Notes under the pieces: model-generated
Databases searched by the model: none
The model's input: only the letters and a program-made list of their open reading frames with translations
What the model was told of the DNA's origin: nothing
Shown: one piece after another, positions 1 through 13,316 of the stretch
How the letters are laid out: each line of letters opens with the position of its first letter
Numbering within the stretch: the first letter of the stretch is position 1
Assembly (NCBI GenBank): GCA_000165425.1
Contig: CT868252.1
Span: 434,001 to 498,000, forward strand
Length of the DNA: 64,000 bases
Direction: 5' to 3'
Origin: Paramecium tetraurelia
Taxonomy: Eukaryota
Made by a program: the position numbers and the translations under genes

Positions 1-1327
1 TTTCAGCCAACTTGATATTCAATTCTTAATTTCTTTCTTATAGTATTTTAAACTCTTTTTTGAGATTCTCAATATCCTCTCTTTTCAATCTATTTTCTGT
101 TTCTAATTTTGCATTGGTTTCTCTCAAATTCTTTAAATCTGTAGAATTCCTTATCTACTCCTGTTCCATAGCTTTCATTTTGGCTTGTATAGTAGCTCTT
201 TCATTGTATTCCTTAAAAAATGGGGATTCCATTAGAATTGCTAATCTCTCTTCAATTTCCTTCTTTTATCTTCTTGCTTCTTGTAAATCTGCTTGTAAAT
301 CAACAACACTCTTCTATGCCAACTCCATGGATCTAACTTATCCTTCCAATAAATGATTCTTCTCTTTTTCCTCTCTTAAGAGCATCATGATTTCGCTCTG
401 TCTTTTACGTTCATCATCCAATTATGATCTCATACCACTTAAATTCGATTCTAATTTATTGCATCTCTCCTGTAGAGTGACAAATTAAGCATTTTTCTAA
501 CTTAACTCCTATTGATTGACAATCTTAGAATTCATCATTGCCTACAATTATCTGAATTAGGCTTCCTATTCAAGTAATCGTTTCTTTAATTTATCATTTA
601 AATCTAACAATTATTTTATTTGATTTTATTAATCCACAAACTAACCTCCTCTTATCCCAGTCTATTCCATTTCTGGTCTATCTGCTTATACCAATTTCTT
701 TTTTTTCATTGGTTAATGAGCCACAACAACTCTTTATGCTTAAGAAATAGCTTATATCTTCTATTTTAATTTTTCATTTTCAGTTTCCAAATTATTGACT
801 TTCGATGCTAATTAATTATTTTATTCATTGGATTCTCCTGCACCAACGGTTTTATTCCCCATGAATTTTTACATTTATTATAATTTAACTTCCATAGTCC
901 CATACATTTTTTCAAATTTTGCCTAATTTTCCTTTAGCTTTATATTCTCATCATACACATCCAAGAATAATTTCTCTTTTTCTCCCTCATTCAACTTATT
1001 AAATTAGTAGGGCTTCTTCTTTGGCATTGAGGCAGTTCTCTTAGTTGAAGATTCAGGTCTTTTAGGCAATGCTGCTTGTGGTTATTATTTAGGTTTTTAA
1101 TCCTGGGCAGCTAAACAAAAGTTAACCTTTTATCTTTACTTTTTATAACATTAAGAATTGCATCATCGCCATCAAAGTCATCATTATAAACATTACTCTC
1201 AGTTTATTGATCTGGAATACTACTTTGTTGTTTTTATTGCTAACGAAGCTCGTTTTGCCGCTCTTTTATATAAAAACAAAGAGATACTTAGATTCCCAAG
1301 GGCATTAGTCATCGCTTACTAATCCAT
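1..1327 (-). CDS. Coiled-coil protein resembling the RPGRIP1L/NPHP8 (fantom) ciliary transition-zone N-terminus; runs off the window start
   Basis: ATG at 1327 (MDQQAMTNALGNL), tiny introns near 1263-1287 and 1111-1127. Segment NKLNEGEKEKLFLDVYDENIKLKENQAKFEKMYGTMEVKL resembles the RPGRIP1L N-terminal motif from memory, followed by long heptad-rich sequence. C2 domains are not visible within the window. Confidence 0.55.
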
Positions 1328-1349
1328 AATTTATAAATATATATTTAAA

Positions 1350-2330
1350 TCACATATATTTCAAATTCTTCAACAACCAAATTGTATATTTATAAATCAT
1401 CTCATACTATTACACTGATTGCACTAATAATGGTCTTTATTCTCTCAATCTCCTCACTATACTAAAGATTGAAATTTAAGCATCATTTTTTATGAGTAAC
1501 TGTTTTATATGACAGATTGCCAAAAAGGTTCCCGTTCTCCCTACTCCTGCACTACAATGAATCACTGGTGTTTTGTTATCTTGTGCTGCTTCATTGGCTA
1601 TTCCAGCCAGCCAATCAAGAACTTAATAGGAATCCTCCTTAACAATCCCGAAATCTGGCCAATCACACCATTAATAGTGACTTACTTTATGCTACTTCTC
1701 TTTTGTCTTCATAATTAGACTACTTTCGAATATATCCTTATTAGATTCTTATCTTGATATTGTGTCAATTTAATAAGGCCCATAAATAGCTTTTTCAGAC
1801 GGCCAATATTTTTCGCATTATATCTAAAGTAAATATCTTGCTGCATACTCGTTATCTATCGAACAGTTTGCAAAGCATAATTATTGCACCCACGTTATTT
1901 GTCCATATCATATGCCAAAAATCTTAAACTGATTAATTTACAGGGCCTTGAGTAGCAATATATTTTCTTTCTTCATCGTTTCCCCCTCTAATATAATTAG
2001 CATTAATGTAATAACTATTATCTGAAGTATCTAATTAAGGTTTTACAATAGAATGAACATCTTTATAAATGAATTAATTATGTTACAAGGAAGGATATCA
2101 GCATATCTATTCAAATGTTATATCTAAGCGCTTCTATATAGAAGTCTATCATGTTCTCTAGTTTAGGTAATTTGTTTAAGAAATGAAAATTCATTTTCAT
2201 AATCTCTACTTTTTAATTAATGGACAAAATCTATAATTGGCAATGCTCTTTCAAAACTCAAAAATTATTTATTTCCCTTTAGATAGGAGAGCTCCTAATA
2301 GGGAAGTGAATTTTATTATTTTTCAGACAT
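1350..2330 (-). CDS. Classical protein tyrosine phosphatase
   Basis: Code-6 translation shows NRYADILPY, YINANYI, YIATQGP, DFWHMIW, WPDFG, HCSAGVGRTG and the Q-loop VQSVQQY. One 26-nt intron; TGA at 1350-1352. Confidence 0.93.
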
Positions 2331-2375
2331 TGGTTATATAAATTGTTATTAGTTATAAAATTTATATAAAAACAT

Positions 2376-5300
2376 TCATAATTTATTTTTCATTTTTATA
2401 ATAACATATGGAACTCCATAAATTTAGTAGGTGTGAGTTAAAGTAGAATTCAATATAATCATCCCAAGTAGAAACATGAGCCATGATTGTGGCATTTCGT
2501 ATCCTTTCACTTTGAATGTGAGCTTATAAAATAAAAAAATTTGTATACATTTAGATAGTCATCCTCTGTGTCATCCCTATAGGTGAACATAAGCAAATAC
2601 AACTAAAGTATGACTAGGAGAATCAAATAAAATGTAAAAGGTCGATTAGAGTAAAATGGTTTTTTGAATCTAGGATCATAAGATAATGATACTGATAACA
2701 TAATATATTAGAAATTAGTAACTAAAAATAATGAGGTAGCTTCAAATGATTGCATAAAACCTGCTTCACCATATTCTTAATGAGATAATGTCACAGGATC
2801 CTTATACCAATCTTAATAAATTAATATAAGATAAATGAGCATTTAAAATGTCATCTATATAAAGCACTATCCTAATATTATTGATAACACTTCTACACTA
2901 ACCAAACTCCTCTAAGGGATTTCTGCTGTTAATTTCGTAAGATTATTAGTGTAAGTCATTAAAATACTGAGTGGTAATACAACAAATAAATCTAGAATAA
3001 GAAATTAGGAATTTGTCATGTATGAATATTGAAAATATAGGATTGTGCAGCTTAAAAATTGGACTAATGAACACATTGTCATATATTCAAAAGCTTGAAA
3101 TGAGGTAGTCAAAGCTCCTCTACCTTCTATTAGAATGATTGGTACTGTGCTTAAATCCTCCTATCCAGATGTAAATGGAGCTGCTAAAGACAATTTTGTA
3201 TTTGTTAAACTTATTCCAACATCAGCAGTACGCATAGCTTAAATATCAGCACCTCCATCGCCACAAAAGACAATCTACTTCTTAGTTTTCAAGTAATTAA
3301 TCAATTCAGCCTTATGTTCTCTTCTCATCTTAGCATAAACTTTAGTTTTAGCTATTAACTAATCAATATACTTATAATCTTTATTTTCTTTAGCTTAATT
3401 CATTAAATAAGTGAATAACTTACCTGTAATTGCTAGAGTAGCTGATTTTTATAATTATTCTTATGCTTCTTCGTTGACAACAGCAATATTATTGTCCAAA
3501 TTCTCACATGATTTAGCATCAAAGTTGAATTTACTAATAGAATTAGGCAATTTCTGCTATAGAATTTCAACACACAATGTTCTTGTGTCATTATGCATTT
3601 AATTTTCAATTTCTTTAAATTGTTGTTCCATATCCTTCCAATCTATTTATAATTCATTGTTATTTTCAACCAGCTCCCCATACACCAATTATTCGTTTTC
3701 TTCCACTACTCTAGTCTATCTAGCCACTCTCATTGAAGTTAATACATTATCTCCAGTTACTAAAATGATATCTATTTTAGCACTTTTTAATTATTAAATA
3801 ACTTATTCTGCATTATCTTTGACTCTATTTTCTAATACTAAAAAACATAGAAAAGTTAGTTTTGATTCAGAATACTCTCTTGTAGGAATTACATCTTCTT
3901 ATAATAATGGTTTATATGCACAAGCAATTACTTTAAATCCATGATGACTATAATATTTAAAAACTGATGTGTAATCTTCTGGAATATTTTCACATATTTG
4001 TCTAACCTTCTCAGGAGATCCCTTTACCAATGAATATTTATTATGATTTTATTAATTATGAATAATACAACATATTCGTTATAATTCTTATGTAAATTCA
4101 AACGTTTTTACAATATCATAATTAATTCCATCCAACAACACTGTTCTATAAAAAATCTTTGCAGAACTATTCTTAAATAATGCCAAATCTAAATGATCTC
4201 CATAAATTATTTCTTCTTCATTTACAATGTTGTTACAACATGCCATAACCAATCTTATTATTTTATTTAAATTATCGAAATCCTTCAAAAGTGGATTCAA
4301 TTAACCCTGATTATTCATTTCAATGACTCCATAAAGTCTCTGTTCATCCTCTGTTAGTGTTCCTGTTTTGTCAAAACATACCTAACTTACCACTCCTGCT
4401 AAATTTATCTTGTTTGGATTGAAACAATATATCTTTTTCTTTTTAAATCTCTTCAACGCTAAACTTAACCCTATTTATAAAGTCGTAGGCAGAGTTGGTG
4501 GTACACATACTGCCAATAGATCTAGTATATCAGTAATAAGATCGGTAGCCTCTATAAAGGGATAAGTTATTAAAAAATATATCTTAAATGGCAAGGCAAT
4601 TAAATAGCCAACTATTGCCACTATACTTAAATATTTTAAATATCTCATACTATCATCATAGAAATCAAATGAATAATCAGGAGTTAACATCACTTCTCTT
4701 ATTAACTCACCTTTCTTAGTATTAAAACCAGTTGACACAACAAAAGCAAGGCAATTTTCATCTGCTCTCAAACAAAAAGTTGACATATAAAGCATGTTTC
4801 CATCCTTTTAAACAAAAGCTGAATCATCATCTGGCAAATTGCTTTTTGTTATAGGAGTCTATTCACCATTCAAAAATTACTCCTACACAATACAAGTGCC
4901 CTCAATAAGTACACAGTCACAAGCAATCACCTGAAAAGGTTCAATTAAAATAATGTCTCCTGGTACTAACTCTCTTGAATGAATTGTTATTTTTTATCCA
5001 AATCTAATGATTTTCACTTCATGCTCTAATTTTGAATTCAATCTGATTTCACGATAACTCTCTCTGTACTCAAATAAAGTATCAATCATTGAAATAATTG
5101 ATGTCAACAGCAATATTATGGCATAACTAGTGTACTCTTCATAAATCCATAAGAATATTTAAAGAAGCTACACAACAAACAAAGGATGCATTAATTCATC
5201 GATAAGAATTGATAAAATTGGTTTTCTTGGAATTTCTGTCGAATTAATTCCATACAGGTCTTAATAATCTTTCAACTATTCTACTGACTTTAAATGATCC

Positions 5301-5667
5301 CTCTGATGAGCTACTTTATTATTCTAAAGCTAAAAGAGAATTTTTTCAAATCTTCCCTCTCTATAGATAAACCTTTGATATCTATAATTGAACCCCTAAA
5401 TTTATACTCAATTTTTACAATATAATCTAATCCTTTTTACATGTAATGATGGCTTGGAACAATTACTTATGTACCATCTTTGGAGTCAATACGAAAATGC
5501 TCTGCGGCAAATATTTCACACTTAGACATTCTCAATATTGCCCAGATCTTATAATGCCAAGTAGCGACTACATAGACTAAACCGAACGAAAAAATGCAAA
5601 GAAGATAAAATATTATCGATTTTCCAATATTTTATCGATAAGGCACTACCATCTAAATTTCCTACAT
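2376..5667 (-). CDS. P5B-type (ATP13A2-like) P-type ATPase
   Basis: Motifs LVPGD, VPPTLP, CFDKTGTLTED, KGSPE, TGDNVLT, FCGDGADD and IEGRGALTTSFQAF; multiple TM helices. ATG 5667, TGA 2376-2378. Confidence 0.93.
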
Positions 5668-5864
5668 AATTAATATATAATTAATATTCACAATTTTAAT
5701 AAAATATTTCAAAACAATCATTTAATAAACTATTTTAAATTCTCTTAATTGCTTGTTTTTAATTCATTAAATTAAAGTCTAAACTTCCATTTTGATAAAC
5801 TTAAATATGTTATAAAAATAATAATATTTATATGTTAATTATGATTTATATTATTTATAATTTT

Positions 5865-7388
5865 TCAAATTCTTTTTTCAAATAATACACAGTTATCTGG
5901 TTCAACACATTAAAAGAATTTAATTCCAAATCTGATTTGCTAAACGGCCGGATTTAAAAGTATTTTATATTTCCTAATCAGCAATGCTATAATAATCTTT
6001 GCTTCCATCAATGCCATGTGATATCCAATACAATTTCTTGGCCCTGCTGTCAAAGGAATGTAAATGTATCCATTATCGTTTTTAATTATAGTATCCTTGC
6101 TTAGCCATCTTTTATAATTAAATTCGGTGGCATTATCAAAATGTGAATCTAAGATACTATTGGCATTATGCATTTATACTAATGCCCATCCCTTTTTAAG
6201 TTTAATGTCTTAAACCTATTTATCACGTTTAACTGTTCTAAAGAGTGTAACAAATGCTGGATTCCTCAATCTTAAAACTTCTTAAATCAAAGCGTTAACC
6301 TTAATTAGCTTATTTAAATTGTCTTCATTTATATCAGCATTTCCAATTACTTCATTTACTTCTTCTAAGATTTCAGATTAAATCTCAGGATATTTAGCTA
6401 AATAATATAAGCAAGTTCCACAAATTGTTGCTGTTGAATCAGTCCCAGCAAAGAATAGGGTTATGAATTGATGCAATATTTCTTCAAGATCTATCTATTA
6501 TTCATTTTATTTTTTTTATTTTAAGTATTCAGTTACATATAAATCTAAGAAAACCATTTTATCTTGATCTTGGACTGGACTATCCTTTAATTATTCTACT
6601 CTGTTTAAGATCAATTCGTTCAATTTTATTCTTACATTCTCAACTCGTCTCACTACATCTTTTTCTTATTTGGTTGGCAGGATGGTCCATGTTTTTACTC
6701 CAAATAATAAAGATTTAACGAAAGCATATAGATTATCCATCATAATCAAAGATATTTCTCCTGTTAATTTAGTCAGAGCTACCCATGCTTCTTTTCCTTC
6801 AAGTTAGAACCCTTCACCTAACTTCCCAAAAAAACTTTTTACAATTATTTCTCCAGTTATTCGTGACATGAAGTCATTTAAATTTGTTTTATCATCCTTT
6901 TCTGCAATATCCTCAACAACTTGGTTCATCATAGGCAATCTCGATTTTAATTTTTCAAAAGTGAATGCAGGAGCCAAAAATTTTCTTTATCTCTTCCAAT
7001 TCTCCCCCTCGCTCATCGCTAATCCTTTTTGCATAAATGAAGGTAGCATAAATGGATCGAGTTTTTCAAAATCATCATGATCTTAATAGGATTGTTTTAG
7101 ATATTCTGTTCCTGCAAACATAATACAAGGTTTATTTAGAAAATTTGATAGTATGATCTTTGCTCTTGGATTATTTCTAAGAGCTACATTTATCGATTTC
7201 ATCACATCTTAGTTGGTTTTTATTGACCTCATAAAAATGCCAATGAAACCAAAAATTGGATAAAACATTATAATCGCTTTGTCTCCTAACTTAAGTTTTA
7301 ATAAAAGCAAGGGGACTAACGGCTATATGAAGATGAAAAATAATGCTAATGAGAGCACTATGACGATTGCAATAAATAATGTTAACAT
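5865..7388 (-). CDS. Cytochrome P450, tandem copy 1 (intronless, 507 aa)
   Basis: N-terminal anchor, I-helix FFAGTDSTA, ExxR (QEVLR), heme loop LTAGPRNCIG; 1524-nt open frame in code 6. Confidence 0.95.
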
Positions 7389-9993
7389 TAAATTATTATT
7401 TTTTTCAAAGTCGACAATTTTAAAGTTTTATAATGTAATTTGCTTTTATAGTATGATTAGATTATAATAACTATTTTAAAGAATATCCAGCTAAGATTTT
7501 AGGATAACCATTTTTCTCTGATTGGCAAGTTGTAAATTTGTTTACTACTTATTAATTTATAGACAATAAAAATATTAGAACTAATTAAATTTAATATTAA
7601 TTTTATTATTAATTATGATTTTGAATTAATAATTAAAATTAATTTTAAGTGTGAAATTTATTAAATTTTGATTTCGAATTCATTTAATACAATACTTAGG
7701 GTCTGAAAGAAAAGTTTTGATTTAATAATAAATTCTTATTAATATCCAAATCCTTTAATAAAATTAATACCTTATAACTTAATCAATAGATATTTATATA
7801 TATTATTAATTAATAATTTGAAAATGAGATAAAAATAGATTAATTTTAAATAATTTAAAAAATTGATGATATCTAACAATTTGACTCATCAAATTCTTTT
7901 TTCAAATAATACACAGTTGTCTGGTTCAACACATTACAAGAATTTAATTCCAAATCTAATTTACTAAACGGCCGGATTTAAGAGTATTTTATATTTCCTA
8001 ACCAGCAGTGCTATAATAATCTTTGCTTCCATCAATGCCATATGTTATCCAATGCAATTTCTTGGCCCTGCAGTAAAAGGTATGTGAATGTATCCATTAT
8101 CGTTTTTAATTATACTATCCTTGCTTAACCATCTTTTATAATTAAATTCAGTAGCATTATCAAAATGTGTGTCTTAAATACTACTAGCGTTTTACATTTA
8201 CACTAATGCCCATCCCTTTTTTAGTTTAATGTCTTAAACCTATTTATCACGTTTAACTGTTCTAAAGAGTGTAACAAATGCTGGATTCCTCAATCTTAAA
8301 ACTTCTTAAATCAAAGCGTTAACCTTAATTAGCTTATTTAAATTGTCTTCATTTATATCAGCATTTCCAATTACTTCATTTACTTCTTCTAAGATTTCAG
8401 ATTAAATCTCAGGATATTTAGCTAAATAATATAAGCAAGTTCCACAAACTGTTGCTGTTGTATCAGTACCGGCAAAGAATAGGGTTATAAATTGATGCAA
8501 TATTTCTTCAAGATCTATCTATTATTCATTTTATGCTTATTATTTTAAGTATTCAGTTACATATAAATCTAAGAAAACCATTTTATCTTGATCTTGGACT
8601 GGATTATCCTTTAATTATTCTATTCTTTTTAATATTAGGTCATTCAATTTTATTCTTACATTCTCCACTCTCCTCACTAGATCTTTTTCTTATTTGGATG
8701 GCAAGATTTTCCACATTTTTACTCCAAATAATAAAGATTTAACAAACGAATATAGATTTTCCATTACAATCAAAGATATTTCTCCTGTTAAATTAGTCAG
8801 AGCTATCTATGCATCTTTTCCTTCAAGTTAGAACCCTTCAGCTAACTTTCCAAAAAAACCTTTTACTACAATTTCTCCAGTTATTCGTGACATGAAGTCA
8901 TTTAAATTTGTTTTATCATCCTTTTCTGCAATATCCTCAACAACTTGGTTCATCATAGGCAATCTCGATTTTAATTTTTCAAAAGTGAATGCAGGAGCTA
9001 AAAATTTTCTTTATCTCTTCCCAATTTTCCCCCTCACTCATTACCAATCCTTTTTGAATAAATGAAGGTAGCATAAATGGATCGAGTTTTTCAAAATCAT
9101 CATGATCTTAATAGGATTGTTTTAGATATTCTGTTCCTGCAAACATAATACAAGGCTTATTTAGAAAATTTGATAGTATGATCTTTGCTCTTGGATTATT
9201 TCTAAGGGCTACATTTATCGATTTCGTCACATCTTAGTTGGTTTTTATTGATCTCATAAAAATGCCAATGAAACCAAAAATTGGATAAAACATTATAATC
9301 GCTTTGTCTCCTAACTTAAGTTTTAATAAAAGCAATGGGACTAATGGCTATATGATGATGAAAAATAATGCTAATAACAAAATTATGATGAATGCCATAA
9401 CTAATGTTTGCATTAAATTTATTTATTATTTTAAAAGTTAGAAATTTTAAAAGAAATATTGTAATTGCTTATGTATAATAATTAATTTTTTATCATTATT
9501 GTAAAGAATAATTTATTTAGATTTAGGATAAACATTTTCTCTGATTGGTAAGTTGTAAACTTATTAGAACATATTTATGTATTGAGTACTTGCAGATGAT
9601 TATTCATTTTTCCAGTTTTTTAAATGTTCTATGAGTTTTTAGAATCCTCAAATTATTCCCAAATAAATATTTAGAACTTTATCAAATGTAATATTGATTA
9701 TATTTTTAATATGATTTTGAATTAATAAATAATTATAATTAAATTTCTTAAGATGAAATTTTTAGTTAATTTTATTTCAAATTCATTTTATACAATCCTT
9801 GAAGTCTGAAAGAATAGTTTTGATTAATAACAAATTCCTATTAATATTCAAATCCTTGAATAAATTAATACCTAATAACTTATATTAATAGATATATATT
9901 TATATATTAATATTATTTAATAATTTGATAATGTTGATCAAATCTAGAATATTTTTAATAATTTAAAATAATTTTGATATCTAATAATTTAAC
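7389..9993. repeat. Duplicated CYP intergenic spacers (7389-7888 and 9414-9993)
   Basis: Shared blocks such as ttttctctgattgg(c/t)aagttgtaaa, atgattttgaattaataa, gtctgaaagaa(a/t)agttttgatt and aaatcctt(t/g)aata in both spacers. Confidence 0.85.
7889..9413 (-). pseudogene. Cytochrome P450, tandem copy 2, with a +1 frameshift near 9020-9022 (pseudogene or assembly error)
   Basis: Span is 1525 nt versus 1524 for copy 1. Reads 'ctcttcccaat' where copy 1 has 'ctcttccaat'. Otherwise intact: FFAGTDTTA, ExxR, FTAGPRNCIG. Confidence 0.75.
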
Positions 9994-11520
9994 TCATTAA
10001 ATTCTTTTTTTAAAAAATAAACAGTTGTCTGGTTCAACAGTTTATAGAAATTTTACTCCAAATCTAACTTCTTAAACATCAGGATTTAAGAGTATTTTAT
10101 ATTTCCTAACCAGCAATGCTATAATAATCTTTGCTTCCATCAATGCCATATGTTATCCAATGCAATTTCTAGGTCCTGCTGCAAAAGGAATGTTAATGTA
10201 TCCATTATCGTTTTTAACTACATTACCTTTGTCAAACCATCTTTTATAATTAAATTCAGTAGCATTATCAAAATGTGAGTCTTAAATACTACTAGCGTTT
10301 TACATTTACACTAATGCCCATCCTTTTTTAAGTTTAATGTCTTAAACCTATTTATCACGTTTAACTGTTCTAAAGAGTGTAACAAATGCTGGATTCCTCA
10401 ATCTTAAAACTTCTTAAATCAAAGCGTTAACCTTAGTTAGCTTGTTTAAATTGTCTTCATTTATATCAGCATTTCCAACAACTTAATTTACTTCTTCTAA
10501 AATTTCAGATTAAATCTCAGGATATTTAGCTAAATAGTATAAGCAAGTTCCAGAAGTTGTGGCTGTTGTATCAGTACCAGCAAAGAATAGAGTTATGAAT
10601 TAATGCAATATTTCTTCAAGATCTATCTATTATTCATTTTATTTTTATTATTTTAAGTATTCAGTTACATATAAATCTAAGAAAACCATTTTTTCTTAAT
10701 CTTAGACTGGATTTTCCTTTAATTATTATATTCTTTTTAAGATTAGCTCATTCAATTTCATTCTTATATTCTCCACTCGCCTTAAAATTTCTTTTTCTTT
10801 TTTACAAGGAAAAACCTCAAACATCCTATCTTTAAATAATAAATATTTAATAAAATAGTATGCACTCTATAATTGCATTATAGAAATTTCTCCTGTTAAT
10901 TAGATAAGCGCTACTTAAGCATCTTTTCCTTCTAATTAGAATCCTTCAACTAATTCACCAAAAAAGCTTCTAATAACTACTTCTCCAGTTATTCGAGCCA
11001 TAAAATCATTTAAATGACTTTTATCATCATTTTCTGATATATATTCAATAACTTTATTCATCATAGGCAATCTTGATTTTAACTTCTCAAATGTGAATGC
11101 TGTGCCTAAGAACTTTCTTTGTCTCTTCCAACTTTCCCCTTCACTCATCACTAATCCTTTTTGTAGAAATGAAGGTATCATAAAGGGATTCATTTTTTCA
11201 TAATCATGATGGTCTAGAAACGAATCCTTGATGTATTCTGATCCTGTTAGCATGATAAAAGGTTTTGTTAGGTGGTTTGATAAAATGACTTTTGCTTTAG
11301 GATTTTTTCTTAATGCATGATTAATTGAGTGCATCAGATCATTGTTAATTTATATTGATTTTGTTAATACTCCTAAGAAGCCAAAGATGGGATAAAACAT
11401 TAAAATTGCTTTGTCTCCTAATTATAGCTTTAGTAGGAGCAAAGGAACTAAGGGTTTTATGATGAGGAAATAAACCATCAACATTATCAAAGAAAAGATC
11501 GCTATCAAAATTGGTTCCAT
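9994..11520 (-). CDS. Cytochrome P450, tandem copy 3 (intronless, 508 aa)
   Basis: ATG 11520 (MEPILIAIFSLIMLMVYFLII), WKRQRK, FFAGTDTTA, ExxR, FAAGPRNCIG; TGA 9994-9996. Confidence 0.95.
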
Positions 11521-12038
11521 TTTAATTATTGGAAATATAAGAATCAAGATTATGAACTTTGAATCATCGAAATTCTAAAAAGGATAAATTAGGGTTCTTA
11601 ATTATAATCAGTAACTATCAGAAACTAGAATAATGAGATCAATTTCAATTCTTAAAATTAATTATCATTATCATAAAATTAAATTATACCTTATATTAAC
11701 TTTTTTATTATTATAAATTTGTTTAAAAAAACCTAATGTTAGCTATTTAGTACTTCAATATTTTACAGGGATGCCTTGCTAGAGAAATTGCTTTTTGGTT
11801 ACACTTCATATTATATAGCTAAAATTAAGAGAAATGTTAATTTAAACTTTTGTCAAAATATTAATGATTGATCTAACGCAACAAATATTGTACCTCTATT
11901 ATTCTATGAAGTGAAATAAATAATTAGAAATAAATACATTATTTAATTTTAGGAAACCCTTAATTATAATTTGAAATAGAGCCTCTTAAAGAGTTTACTA
12001 GTTTGAGAATTGTATTATTTTTAAATTTAATAAATTTA

Positions 12039-13254
12039 TCAAATCGATATCCTCTAAATTAAATTTGGAAAGTCGTTATAGTTTCTATTGAAAACTTAGA
12101 TTACTTCTGTTAGGATATCACTTTATTAGGTTCTAAAATGGATTTAATTTATACCTAATTTTAGTAGCTTCTACATAACCATTGTGATAATCGACGCAAG
12201 TTCTCTCCCAATCATCCTTTTATTTTCTCAATAGAGTTGATTTCTTGAAATTTCAATATGTTATTTTTACTTCAGTGTTAAATCTAATGTCATTATTCAA
12301 TTCTAATAAGGTTTAATTGATAATTAAGACTCTAGCCTTGAATGTTGCAATAGTTGCTTCTAATCTTCTATTTTGGATGACAATTCTTTCTTTTTAATTT
12401 TGGTAATCTTATTCTCTTGCGTTATCTGTCAGTAATTCTTATTTTAACAAATCGAAAACACTTTCAATTAGTTCATCAATAATTTCTTAAATTTTAGCAA
12501 CACCTTATTAGTTAGCTTGTATTCCTGGATCTCTAATTGATAGATTGAAAAATGGTTTACTAAGAGGTTTCTAGAAGCAATTCATAGAGTAAGCCAATTC
12601 CATTTGATTGTTTTTTTAATAACTTTTAATGTCCTTCTAATTCATTAAACATAAATTAAGAGAACTCAAGGAAAGAATAGGTTCCAGCCAAGGGATCCCA
12701 CTTTTTGGTACTTAACTTGCTAATGATTCTTTTTCCTTCTTGAAGAGCACCAACCATATTAGTCAATTCATCTCTTCTTGCTTCATATTGTTACTAAAAT
12801 TAAGCATGATAAATACTCTGGTAATGTCTCTTTCTTAAGTTAATTCAGCAATACGTTAATTATTTCTATTTTCAATTTCTTATTTATCCAATAATTATCT
12901 TTATTTGTTTTTTTATTCTTAGACGAATAATGGCAATGTTTATTAATCTTTAGCCAACTAATATTCCGATGAATCAATAACAAATAAGATTTCATCATAT
13001 TTATCATCACAAAATTAAGTATGATCTCTTGACTTTTGTCTTTCCTCATCTTATTCACCATTGATTCTATCTTTCATTTGAGTAAGAAGATCAATAATTT
13101 TATCAACACTGCTATTTCCTTATAATTCCACTTGAATAGTTTAAATTATTGTTTTTCCAAATTCAGTGCTTTGCAAAGATTGTAATAGTGTCTCTCCTTC
13201 ACTCATGCTGCTTGCAAATAGAACAAGGGAGCACAATATTATCACTTTATACAT
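12039..13254 (-). CDS. Trichocyst matrix protein (TMP/granule lattice family) precursor
   Basis: Signal peptide MYKVIILCSLVLFASS; STEFGKTIIQTIQVELQG, VDKIIDLLTQMKDRI, Cys-containing coiled segments and SFLE; two tiny introns. Confidence 0.85.
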
Positions 13255-13316
13255 TATTATTAATAATTAAAACGGATTTGTGATCATTATGTATTTTATT
13301 CTTTTTATTTTATAAT

